From assembly GCA_965237525.1 (NCBI GenBank), contig CBDEFO010000008.1, forward strand, positions 1,504,001 to 1,568,000: DNA of 64,000 nt. The letters run 5' to 3'. The position numbers and the translations under genes are program-made. Below, one piece after another: positions 31,152 through 41,150 of the stretch; position 1 is the first letter of the stretch, and every line of letters begins with the position of its first letter. Under the pieces are notes generated by a model. That model was not told the DNA's origin. It did not search any database and saw only the letters and a program-made list of their open reading frames with translations. The DNA comes from Candidatus Latescibacterota bacterium (GTDB lineage: Bacteria; Latescibacterota; CBDEFO01).

Positions 31152-32307
31152 AGCGTAATGTATGAAAATTATTAACGAATGTCAAGGGTAGAATTTGAAG
31201 ATGACAAACTTTGTCGGGTAAAGGCACATGGTATCCACCCTTGATAAAGATAGAGAGAAGAGAGTCAAGTATCAAGACTGGGAAGTTAAAAAGTTGAGGG
31301 TCGAGGTTTTCTGTGGGTGTATGTTCGGTTGCTATGTGCAGAGGGGTTTTGGATTCTTTGTAGGTATTATGTCTTTGGGTATTGAACAACCATTGATAGG
31401 TTTGGAGTTTCCGGCAGAGGTTGGCACAGTTGGTAATCTTGACGGTGTCGTAGAATTCGTATTCGATTAGGCCGTGGGCGCGTTCTACATCGGATTGGTA
31501 TGTAGTAGCCCCTGGTGGGATGCGTTTATGTTCTATGCCTCTTTGTTGGATGAGGTCGGTAAAGAGGGTCTTTTTGAGGGCATCCTTTGTATTGACGACT
31601 TCTGTTCCGTTGTCGGTCTGGATCTTTCGTGGATAGACCTTGTGGTCTTCCAGGTGTTGGAGTAATGCTTCGGCGAAGATGCAGTAGTTGATCAGGCTCT
31701 GTTCGTCTGCCAGGCTTACAAAGAGACCGCCTGTCTTGATATCTCTGGCAGTATACTCAAACATAGGGAGTTGGGCACCTGTTTTGTAGTGTTGTTTCAG
31801 GTAGTTGGGGATATCGCACAGATGTTTGACATCGATCTGGATATATTCAAAGGGGCGTAGTTTCTTTTTCCACTGGCAGACAAGTTTCTTTCTCTTCCAT
31901 CTTCGCCTGCGTTTCTTTATGAGATTGTGTTTTTTCCAGATAGCATAGGCAGTCGGCTTGGAGGGGATTTGATCAGTGGGAACATTCTGTTTTTGGAGAA
32001 AGCCCAATAGATAGGGATATCCTAAAGAAGGATGGGTCTGTCGGAACTTTACAATCAGCTTTCTGATCTCCTCCAGTAACAAACAGTGAGGGTTTATGGG
32101 TGCTTTCGTATGATTTTCTAGACTCTTCAAGGATCGGTCTTCAAGATAACGTTTCAGCCATTTTCTTATACTCTTGCGTGTTGTATTAAAAGCCCTTGCA
32201 GCATACGAGACACCGTATTGTTGAGCAGCCTGAACCATCTTGATACGCAGATCAACAGGATTAGGATTAAGAGCAAGAACATCGCTATAAGTAATTGCAT
32301 TCTCCAT
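31099..32307 (-). CDS. IS481-family DDE transposase
   Basis: N-terminal HTH (RKWLKRY); IQIDVK, IQTDNGTE, SDVERAH; AGGAGG RBS. Confidence 0.9.
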   Translation of the reverse strand: MENAITYSDVLALNPNPVDLRIKMVQAAQQYGVSYAARAFNTTRKSIRKWLKRYLEDRSLKSLENHTKAPINPHCLLLEEIRKLIVKFRQTHPSLGYPYLLGFLQKQNVPTDQIPSKPTAYAIWKKHNLIKKRRRRWKRKKLVCQWKKKLRPFEYIQIDVKHLCDIPNYLKQHYKTGAQLPMFEYTARDIKTGGLFVSLADEQSLINYCIFAEALLQHLEDHKVYPRKIQTDNGTEVVNTKDALKKTLFTDLIQQRGIEHKRIPPGATTYQSDVERAHGLIEYEFYDTVKITNCANLCRKLQTYQWLFNTQRHNTYKESKTPLHIATEHTPTENLDPQLFNFPVLILDSLLSIFIKGGYHVPLPDKVCHLQILPLTFVNNFHTLRLLRKWSRGALGSAPWTR

Positions 32308-32394
32308 GTGTATCTACCCTCCTTTTTTCGATCCTAACCTAAATATAGGCAAAATTATCCCATGAGGGTGGATACCATGTGTCTTTACTCTTCT
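31212..32394 (-). mobile_element. IS481-family insertion sequence
   Basis: 24-bp IRs GTAAAG(G/A)CACATGGTATCCACCCT at 31218-31241 and 32365-32388; flanking direct repeat AGATGACAAACTT(T) at 31199 and 32395. Confidence 0.9.
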
Positions 32395-32476
32395 AGATGA
32401 CAAACTTTATATTTGACAAGTGTAAATAAATCATATATATTAGGATAATTTCTAATTTACAGATTGGAGTCCTAAA

Positions 32477-33678
32477 ATGAATCGGTCCGATGATATAGCC
32501 GGACATATAGAGTCTCGCATAGAGGACGAAAAACGCAGAAGAACGTACCATTCTTCCCCTGAGAGCTACTTTGCCAATAGCTTTGTGCTATTCATCATCG
32601 CTGCCTGCTGCGTGGTGCTTGTTCAGTATCAGCTTAAAGCCCCTATCATAGGGGGAATATTCGCAGCCGTTTTCCTGGCCTTTATAATAGGTTTTCTGAA
32701 CAGGGAAAACGTGGGAAAATACGTCTTTCTGGAGTTTTTGGGAATGTGCGGCATCGGCTGTATAATCTTGATCAAATTTGGGTTGATTTACGAACCGGAG
32801 GAGTTCACAATCCGCGAAATTCCGGTAGACTGGATGGATCAAGTCAGAGGCGCCGCCGGGCTCCTGGCCCTTCTGGGGATAAAGCTTATATTCAACGGCA
32901 TAGGCGAAAAAAAAGAACAGAACAGGATCAAGCAGGAACAGCTTATGATGAGGAGAAGAGAAAGAGAGGTCTGGAACCCGGAAAAAGAACGCCGCAAGTC
33001 AGAGAAGAGATCATAAATTGACAGAAGAACAATGGATAGGAGAATATCTGATCTTCCCCTTACTGGGGACATGCAAGATGGACGTTCAGACGTAGATAGA
33101 AGATCGGAAATAGAGAGACGCAAGATGAGCCGCACAGGTGAATCTTCATCTTTGGAGGAAAAAGAAAAGGAGAGACTGAAAAGGCTCGGGGTCGGTCCAA
33201 CTCAAGCTCTTCTAAAGAAGGACGTCATAGATAAAGAGATCCTAAAAAAGCCGTCTTAATGCAGGTGCGCGATGGACAGAATCGCAGAATAGGTACTATA
33301 CTCGTAGAGGAGATGGGGGTTGACCATCACGCGGTGTTCGGAGAGCTTGCAAGGGTGGGAAATGTGGAGGAAATGGAGCTTCAAAACGAGAAGATCGACA
33401 AGGACAGACTGGAATTTATAAAGAGAATTATGAAGATCGGCGACGACGAGTTAAAACTAAAGTCTACCCAGAAGAAGGTCATCCCCTTTAAGGCCTCAGA
33501 TTCCCATCAAGATACACTTGTTGTGCTCTCTCCCGATCCGACCAGCAGAGAAGTCATAGAGATAGCTAAAAGATTAGTGCCCGGTCACTATCAGCTTATG
33601 TATGCCCGTTCAGACAGTCTGAACGGCTTGATACAGAAGCTTTTTACGAATCAGGAGATTGGACCGTCCGACGCCTGA
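32477..33678 (+). pseudogene. Probable single interrupted gene: 4-TM domain, DRR-rich linker, MshEN/T2SSE_N-like domain (ORFs 32477-33016, 33032-33259, 33259-33678)
   Basis: ORF1 and ORF2 share a frame across one TAA; ORF2 joins ORF3 by a -1 shift at AAAAAAG (33244-33250), giving RLG..LL..DVI..E.L..A..Q...RRIG.ILVE.G. Confidence 0.55.
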
Positions 33679-33746
33679 TCATAAAGAGAGAGTACTCAGC
33701 GGACAGGGGCACCTCACCCTCGCGTATGCGGTCTTGTACTTGAGAC

Positions 33747-34166
33747 TTAAATGCGTCCCTCATCGGCGTCCAGAAGATCGAACCAGGTCTCAATATCGGT
33801 CCGCCCTGGAGCGAGTTCCGCAACACGTTTGTTGAAATATTCCTGCTTTTCTGGGGTATCCGGCCTTCTGTCCTGAAACCTTTTGTTGAAAGCCTCAATC
33901 TCTTCCGAGGAGTGCTTATTTTCAGCGTTCTCTTCGACCCACGAGAGCATCTCCTCGTCTGTTTTTCTCTCCTTTACAGCTTCGGCAAACTCCTCGTGGT
34001 CAATTCCCATAAATTCGAATAATATCATGTCTAAAGGACAGTTGTACTTATACTCTCCTAACTTCCCCGCATGGTGCGCCCGGCATTTGTCGAGCGTACG
34101 GACTAAAAATATGTAAGGTCCCAACTTCTCATAAGAGCTCTTGGGATATTCTTTAGTTAAATCCAT
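33747..34166 (-). CDS. DUF5069 domain protein, copy A
   Basis: MDLTK.YP.S.YEKLG, RTLDK.RA, GEY.YNCPLD, TDEE...W, WFDLLDADE. Confidence 0.85.
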   Translation of the reverse strand: MDLTKEYPKSSYEKLGPYIFLVRTLDKCRAHHAGKLGEYKYNCPLDMILFEFMGIDHEEFAEAVKERKTDEEMLSWVEENAENKHSSEEIEAFNKRFQDRRPDTPEKQEYFNKRVAELAPGRTDIETWFDLLDADEGRI

Positions 34167-34260
34167 CTAATTTGCCCCCGGACTGAATGAATGTTGAAAG
34201 TTTGACTTTATCCTTCAATCAAGAATATAAGATAAATCACCCCTGATTGCAACTTTCATG

Positions 34261-34400
34261 GATCGGTGCGTCGCCAATTCCCGATTGAAGCGCTCCAAAC
34301 CGTTGGTGGTACGAATACCTTGCGATACACCGCGGGGAAGCAAAAACGGGATCCGCGTCACCAGCCAGCAGCTTGAGACGCTCAGCGATCTTCGCTTCGA
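34261..34400 (-). mobile_element. IS256-family transposase remnant
   Basis: Frameshifted fragment FP...RK-IRTTNGLERFNREL-RRT on the - strand. Confidence 0.65.
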
Positions 34401-34528
34401 CTAAATAATTAAGTTAATGCTAAATGTTGTAATACATGTGGTAGCAGGGAGTTTAGTCCTATTGATTGATCAGGACGGTTATGAGTCGCTACTATGAAAG
34501 AAAAAACTTCACGACCCTAACGAATCTG

Positions 34529-34906
34529 TCAGCTTCGGTCTCCTATCACAAAACGGATAACGTCCACATAGTCAATGACCAGGGAAGCCGTGTTGGTGAT
34601 GAGCAGCACTATGACCCACCTGCCGAACAAGGTGTTATAGTCCAGCTCTTTACGGCGCCGGAACAGATAGATGACTAGGGGAGTCCACCAAATAATATGG
34701 GCAATTCCGAGCAGTCGGTTGAAGCCGTGCATCTCGGCCAGGAGGTTCATGCTGATGAAGCTAGCAACGAAGGCAGCCAGAGTCCACCGGGCTTCCCTGT
34801 GGCGCAGAAAAAGAAAAGGCATCAGGTTTATCACCATCATCCAGCCCATCCAGATTTTTACCCACAACGCCTGTCCCATTAAACCCTGCATCATCGTAGA
34901 CTCCAT
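34529..34906 (-). CDS. Hypothetical 4-TM membrane protein
   Basis: WVKIWMGWMM, RLLGIAHIIWWTPL, SLVIDYVDVIRF; hydrophobic. Confidence 0.75.
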   Translation of the reverse strand: MESTMMQGLMGQALWVKIWMGWMMVINLMPFLFLRHREARWTLAAFVASFISMNLLAEMHGFNRLLGIAHIIWWTPLVIYLFRRRKELDYNTLFGRWVIVLLITNTASLVIDYVDVIRFVIGDRS

Positions 34907-35227
34907 TATCTGATGCCTTTCTACCTTTAGCGGTCGTCATCAATAAGATATTATTATTAGCAGATATGTAAAGGCCCTGTGAAATAGTTACCATGTAAAA
35001 ATTACCCGAAAATGCCAAATACAGGTTAAGCCAGGAACATATGGTATTACTTCGAGCTTTTTTGGAACGATCTTCAAAGAATTGGTAATCACAAAAGATA
35101 AGTTATCTAAGGCCCAGCGTTTAGCAGACTAAAAAGAGATCATGAGAGCAGCAATCGCCAAGAGTTAGACTCTCAACGAACCTGAAGCGCCGGCGTTTAA
35201 CACCGTCTCAGAAGGCGGTTATTTCGC

Positions 35228-35689
35228 TCAAGATGCTACCGAAGATCGAAAAGGGCAATCTGACCGTACCATATTGCGTCCCTCATCGGCATCTATAAGA
35301 TCGAACCAGGTCTTAATATCAGTCCGCCCCGGAGCTGCATCCATAAGCAGTTCGTTGAAATATTCCTGTTTTTCTGGGGTGTCGGGCTTTCTGTCCTGAA
35401 ACTTTTTGTTGAAAGCCTCAATCTCTTCCGAGGAGTGCTTATTTTCAGCGTTCTCATCGACCCACGAGAGCATCTCCTCGTCTGTTTTTCTCTCCTTTGC
35501 AGCTTCGGCAAACTCCTCGTGGTCAATTCCCAAAAACTTGAACACTATGACATCGTTAGAACAATTGTATGTATACTCTCCCAGCGTCTCCGCATTGTAC
35601 GCCCGGCTTTTGTCCAGGGTGCGGGCCAAAAATATGTAAGATCCCAACTTCTCGTAAGGACTCCTGGGATACTGTTTAGTTAAGTCCAT
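35228..35689 (-). CDS. DUF5069 domain protein, copy B
   Basis: Paralogue of 33747-34166 with a near-identical central DNA segment; AGGAGG RBS. Confidence 0.85.
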   Translation of the reverse strand: MDLTKQYPRSPYEKLGSYIFLARTLDKSRAYNAETLGEYTYNCSNDVIVFKFLGIDHEEFAEAAKERKTDEEMLSWVDENAENKHSSEEIEAFNKKFQDRKPDTPEKQEYFNELLMDAAPGRTDIKTWFDLIDADEGRNMVRSDCPFRSSVAS

Positions 35690-35788
35690 CTGATGTGCCT
35701 CCTGTAGTGAATGTTGAAAGTTTGAATTTAACCTTCGATCTTATTAATATGGAATGCATTGCCTCGATACATCCTAACTGCTATGGAG

Positions 35789-35805
35789 TGCAAGTTTTAT
35801 GCCAA
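35789..35805 (-). promoter_or_regulatory. Sigma54 (-24/-12) promoter upstream of DUF5069 copy B
   Basis: TTGGCATAAAACTTGCA on the - strand. Confidence 0.65.
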
Positions 35806-36633
35806 AGGGCGTGAAGATTTCTTCGGCCAGCTTGTGAAGTAGAAAAAAAGGGACTATTTCGTATTGATCAGTGCTTATACTTGTGTAATCGTGATGCTCG
35901 TGGAAGTAAGTAATAATGTTACATCCTGCATCACCATTTTAAAATGCAGGCTGGGGGACATTTCAATGTGAAATAGGAAGATGAGCGCAACTTTAAATGG
36001 AAAGGGGAAAGGCGTTGGATACCATCGCTGGGACGGTGGGGATCAACGAATCTTCTTGGCCTTAAGCTACCACATATCCACCCTTTTCTTACTCATAAGC
36101 ACAGGCCTCTATTCTATCACGGTGAAGATAAACTCACAAGAGAGCTTGAAAGCTTAAAAGACGCTGGCGTAGAAGTAGCTGTGTTCTACAACTTCGTCTT
36201 TTACGCCTTGCAACCTTTGAGGACGATAGATAAGTGTAGGGATCTTGGTCGTAACTCGTAACGCCAGCAAAATCACAGCTCCAATATGAAACTCAAGCGC
36301 CGATAAATCGTCTTAGATAGGAGAAAGAGTAAGTTGGGGGGAATAGGGAGGGGGGAAGAAAGGGAAGACCCATGGACTTTCTAGGATGGATGAACAGCGA
36401 TCTATTTGTTGTATCCTTCTTTGCGGTTGTGATGATCCTGATTTCAGCCGTGGAGTGGAAGATGAAATTAAAGAGCAGACAGAGCAGAAAGTGTAAATGG
36501 GGGGAAGCTACAGGCTGTATCGTGAGAGCTCAGGACGAATTTGATTATGTGCTCCCTGTATGGCGTTCATTCCTCCTTTACTTAGCACCGATTACAAGCT
36601 TAGACCCCCCATTTGTTTATAAGCCTGCCACGC

Positions 36634-37647
36634 TCAGAATGCGTAGGTAAACTCCAGAGCTATAGTGCTGTTATTATCTGTTTTCCCATCTTCTTCGACG
36701 AATACCTCCTCGTCCGATTTGTCGAAACGGTATTCCAGGAGGATTCCGGCTCCATCAGCAACAGTAAAGGTCGGAGCTACTGTGATGGAGATCCTCTGCT
36801 GGCTCCCCTCTCCAAAGCGAAGTCCGTCGTCATCGTCCAGAAGATCGAACCTGCCCGTTATGCCAGCCCAATCGCTGCAGTCGTAGTGAGCCATCACCAT
36901 TACGCCTGTCCAGTTTCCGCTTTCGTCTCCTATTTCCTCGCTTCCGATATTGAACTCACCACCCAACGTTAAGTTCTCCACGGTAGTAATGGTAATGTCC
37001 AGATCGAACACGGAGCGCAGGTCGTCACCGTTGTCGTTCTTCTCAGCTCCGATGATCCCCGAAAGTCCGAAGTTTACGCCCTCTTTAGGCGTTATGCCCA
37101 GGCGTCCGCCGAAGGTTTTGTCCTTGTTGTTGTCGTTGTTGACGTCCCAACCGTTTACGACATATAACGACAGATCCAGCTTGTCAGAGATGGTTGGAGA
37201 GATCATCAGGCCTGTGACGTTTGTCGGAATGGCATAGTTGAAGAGCAGTGAATGTGAGAACTGATACATATCTACAGCGTCGAGCAATTCAAAGCCCATA
37301 GGGATGTTCAATTTGCCGAACGTAAAGTCCACTCCCTTGCTCCAATCGGCGTAGACCACAAGATAGCCCTGCTCCAGATCGGCAGAAAAACCACCCTCTC
37401 CGTCGTTAGTATAGTCTATATCTGCCCTGAGGCTGGCTCTGTCCTGAAACGATTTTGTCACATCTACCTCGGCCTGATCCAGACCGAAGAAGCTGTTTCC
37501 GTCATTGCTATCTAAAAAATAGCTTGCATCTACGAATCCGCTGATTTGAAAACCTTGATCCTCCCCTGCTTCGGACCTTGAACAGAGGACGATTACAGAT
37601 AGCGATATTGCAAATATCTGTGCTGTCTTCCAGAAATTGTATGACAT
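36634..37647 (-). CDS. Outer-membrane beta-barrel porin (BBP2/DUF1597-like)
   Basis: Signal peptide; ISGFVDASY, FTFGK, VVNGWD, EYRFD; C-terminal YAF; follows amtB. Confidence 0.85.
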   Translation of the reverse strand: MSYNFWKTAQIFAISLSVIVLCSRSEAGEDQGFQISGFVDASYFLDSNDGNSFFGLDQAEVDVTKSFQDRASLRADIDYTNDGEGGFSADLEQGYLVVYADWSKGVDFTFGKLNIPMGFELLDAVDMYQFSHSLLFNYAIPTNVTGLMISPTISDKLDLSLYVVNGWDVNNDNNKDKTFGGRLGITPKEGVNFGLSGIIGAEKNDNGDDLRSVFDLDITITTVENLTLGGEFNIGSEEIGDESGNWTGVMVMAHYDCSDWAGITGRFDLLDDDDGLRFGEGSQQRISITVAPTFTVADGAGILLEYRFDKSDEEVFVEEDGKTDNNSTIALEFTYAF

Positions 37648-37738
37648 TAGAGATCCCTCCGATTGCTATTGGAGTAGAAGGGCAGACACAAAGAGCCTAC
37701 CCTAATTTCTGACTCCGTCGTTTTGTCCGTTTGAAATT

Positions 37739-39139
37739 CTATCTCACCGCAGGATAGCATTCGATGCCGTGCTCGTGGACATCTAATCCCTGTATCTCCT
37801 CTTCCGGAGAGACTCTGATCCCCATGGTGTGTTTGAGTATGAGAAAGAGAGCAAATCCCGTAATCAGTGCCCAGGCGGTTACGGTGATGCAGGTTATGAT
37901 CTGAGCCATAAGTTGTCCCCACTCGCCCATTATGACTCCCTTGACGCCGCCGTAGGTTCCATCGGCGAATATCCCCACAGCTAATATTCCCCAGAGTCCG
38001 TTCGTGCCGTGGACTGAGATGGCTCCCACAGGGTCATCTACTTTCAGCTTGTACTCCACAAAACGGACGCTTGCCATCATCAAGAGTCCGGCTATAGCCC
38101 CTATAACTACGGCTGCCCAGGGAGCTACCCAGGCGCAGGGTGCTGTGATAGCCACAAGTCCGGCTAAGGTCCCGTTGCATGCTAAGAGGATATCTGCCTT
38201 TCTGGTTCTGATGTACGTGAAATATATGACCACTGTCGCCCCTACTGATCCGGCCAGGAACGTATTAACGGCGATGACGGATATTCTAAGATCGGTAGCT
38301 GCTAAAGTGCTCCCCGCGTTAAAGCCGAACCATCCGAAAAAGAGTATGAACGTCCCTGCGATCACATATAGCATATTATGCCCCGGTATGGCATTCGGGG
38401 TGCCGTCTTCGTTATATTTGCCAATCCGGGGACCCACGGTGACTGCTCCGGCTAACGCTACCAATCCTCCCACAGCATGAACGACAGAGGAACCTGCAAA
38501 GTCCAGTGCTCCCGTTCCTTCTGGTAGAAATGTTAAGAAGGAGGAAAGATCTGAGAGCCATCCGCCTCCCCACACCCAGTGGCCGTAGATCGGATAGATT
38601 ACGGCGCATATCACGAAGCTGTAAATGAGATAAGCCTGAAACTTTAACCTTTCAGCTACCGCTCCTGCGACTATGGTAGCGGCCGTGGCAGCGAAGACCA
38701 TCTGGAATAGCCACACCATAGCGGTGGTAACATCGTAGGCCTTTCCGTAGAGGAAGAATCCGCTGGTGCCGAAAAATGTGTTGCCGTGCCCCAACCCGGA
38801 GGCGATCTCCGACCCGCCGAACATCAGGGCGAAACCGATAGCCCAATACGATATAGCCCCCGCGGAGAAATCCATGTAGCTTTTGGTCAGGTAATTCAGC
38901 GTGCTTTTTGCACGGATTAATCCCGCCCCTAAAAAGGCAAAGCCGGCCTGCATGAAGAACACCAAAAATGCAGCTACAAGCGTCCACGTGAAGTTGATCG
39001 AGGTTTTCAACCCCTCGATGTTGTCCTTAAAGGTCGCCTCACCGCTCGGATCTGCCCCTCTTGCTGCAATGGGAATCAGAAGGAGCATTACGGCCAGACA
39101 ACCAAGCATATATGTCCATTTCAACGTCTTTGGATTCAT
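37739..39139 (-). CDS. amtB: Ammonium transporter
   Basis: FFMQAGF, FQMVFA, HWVWGGGWL, DFAGSSVVH, WFGFNAGS, DDPVGAISVHG. Confidence 0.97.
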   Translation of the reverse strand: MNPKTLKWTYMLGCLAVMLLLIPIAARGADPSGEATFKDNIEGLKTSINFTWTLVAAFLVFFMQAGFAFLGAGLIRAKSTLNYLTKSYMDFSAGAISYWAIGFALMFGGSEIASGLGHGNTFFGTSGFFLYGKAYDVTTAMVWLFQMVFAATAATIVAGAVAERLKFQAYLIYSFVICAVIYPIYGHWVWGGGWLSDLSSFLTFLPEGTGALDFAGSSVVHAVGGLVALAGAVTVGPRIGKYNEDGTPNAIPGHNMLYVIAGTFILFFGWFGFNAGSTLAATDLRISVIAVNTFLAGSVGATVVIYFTYIRTRKADILLACNGTLAGLVAITAPCAWVAPWAAVVIGAIAGLLMMASVRFVEYKLKVDDPVGAISVHGTNGLWGILAVGIFADGTYGGVKGVIMGEWGQLMAQIITCITVTAWALITGFALFLILKHTMGIRVSPEEEIQGLDVHEHGIECYPAVR

Positions 39140-39185
39140 AGATACACTCTCCTTTCTTAAGAATCGGTCCAACCCGATCTATCTT

Positions 39186-39625
<440 letters not shown>

Positions 39626-39645
39626 GGAAAATTTTGAAAACTTTA

Positions 39646-39805
39646 GGCAATGTAGTGGAAAAACTGCACTCGCCATACTAACTATTAGTAGCTCTGAAGC
39701 CATATCGGGCACAAAAAAATCCTCTCTGCTGCTGGCGAGGAAAATTTCTGCTATTCAAGATTGGTCAGGCAGGTTGTGAAAGTGTAGATTGACCGGTTTT
39801 CACCC
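39646..39805. repeat. Diverged direct repeat, copy 1 (copy 2 at 49406-49555); probable IS end remnant
   Basis: GG(C/T)AATG(T/C)AG.GGAAAA(A)CTGCACT ... AAAA.TCCTCT ... TGGTCAGG shared. Confidence 0.55.
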
Positions 39806-40183
39806 TTTGATGCAAAGGAATCGGCTATGAAAGATAAACAAATGATTTAGAGGCATACTGCCAAATGGGGGTTTCTCTTTTAGAAGGTTGTGCGCTGTCA
39901 GACCTACGCACAGCCCGACAGTCATACCCGAAAAAACAGTACGTCAGAAATATCAGGCTTTCTTTTTATATAGTATTCATAGAATTGTTTATGAATACTA
40001 TATCATTTTAGTATATATATGTTATGATTAAAAAATGGTTGACAAAAAGTTGCAATAATCGTATATCAACACCCGACCAGTTTGGGGTTCAGATACCACT
40101 CCCCTTAACAAAGCGAAAGATATTTTGAAAATAGGAGTTTGAGGCTTGTCCCCGAGTGATGCTATCGGGGAAAGAAATCAAAC

Positions 40184-40610
40184 TGTCAAGCCCCGAAGTG
40201 AAAGGTGGTACGTGTTGGACGTCGAGTCGTAAGGCAGACGTTGTACTGGCTCTTTTGAAGAGGAAGGGATGTATCGGAAATATTGGGGAACGTGATATTA
40301 GCCAGTCGCAGGCGTATGTGTGGCGTGATAGTCTCTTATGAGGGGGGCGAGGAGAGTTTGAAGTCTCCGTGTGGTCGCAAGTATCTGAGTGAGCGCGTGA
40401 TTAGTCTCCGATAGAATCCATCGGGAATTGGCTACATAATTTTGAGTTCTTTGAACAGGTTGAATAGATTATATCCAGATGGCTTGATGACACTAACAGG
40501 AAGCGTCTCCATTCATCCCGGGGATATAGGACCACAGCAGAGTGGAGAAAACAATTCTATCTGCTACCCCAGCTTGCTTAATTGAAGTCGCTTTCCAGGG
40601 GAGCACTACA
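40184..40610 (+). mobile_element. Internally deleted IS3-family remnant
   Basis: TGT...ACA ends; OrfA-like WTSSRKADVVLALL; integrase C-terminus-like NRKRLHSSRGYRT. Confidence 0.55.
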
Positions 40611-41150
40611 TCAGATCTAACGGTGAGATAGTTGTGACAGGAATGGTTAATAAGATCACTGGAGATTTATGTAGATCATACGAAAGGGCTATGCGTGGAA
40701 GTCTTGTTGTGGATATAGAAGTGAGGTTAGATTTGAAGAGTGGGGGAGGGCAGGGGTTAGATTGGGGAGTACGCAGGAAGTACATATTCTGCGATGGTCC
40801 CCTTTCGTCAATTAAATATAAAAGAAAAACTCAATAACATCAAATACTTTTTTACTATCACCTCAAATTATATCCCCCTAATTGACGATTACTCCGCATA
40901 AATGAAGAAAGTTGTTGTAGTGATACGATGATTGCATTTGTGTTCAGGCAGGTTCCGGATCAAGTTGTTAAAAAATATTTGACAGGAAAAACATATTATG
41001 TATATTATATTATAAATAACATAATATACATAAAAGACATAATAGTTATATAAGTAAGGGAATATGGATAGGGGAACGTGGAGAACATAGCTGGAGGCTG
41101 TAGAGTTGATCCAGAGCCCATGGGATGGAAACGGATCGGAGGAGCAAGTG

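Noticed and set aside
35980..36650. Possible gene remnants and the 92-aa ORF 36372-36650
   Set aside because: No recognisable family, interrupted frames and overlap with the porin 3' end; I cannot support a call.
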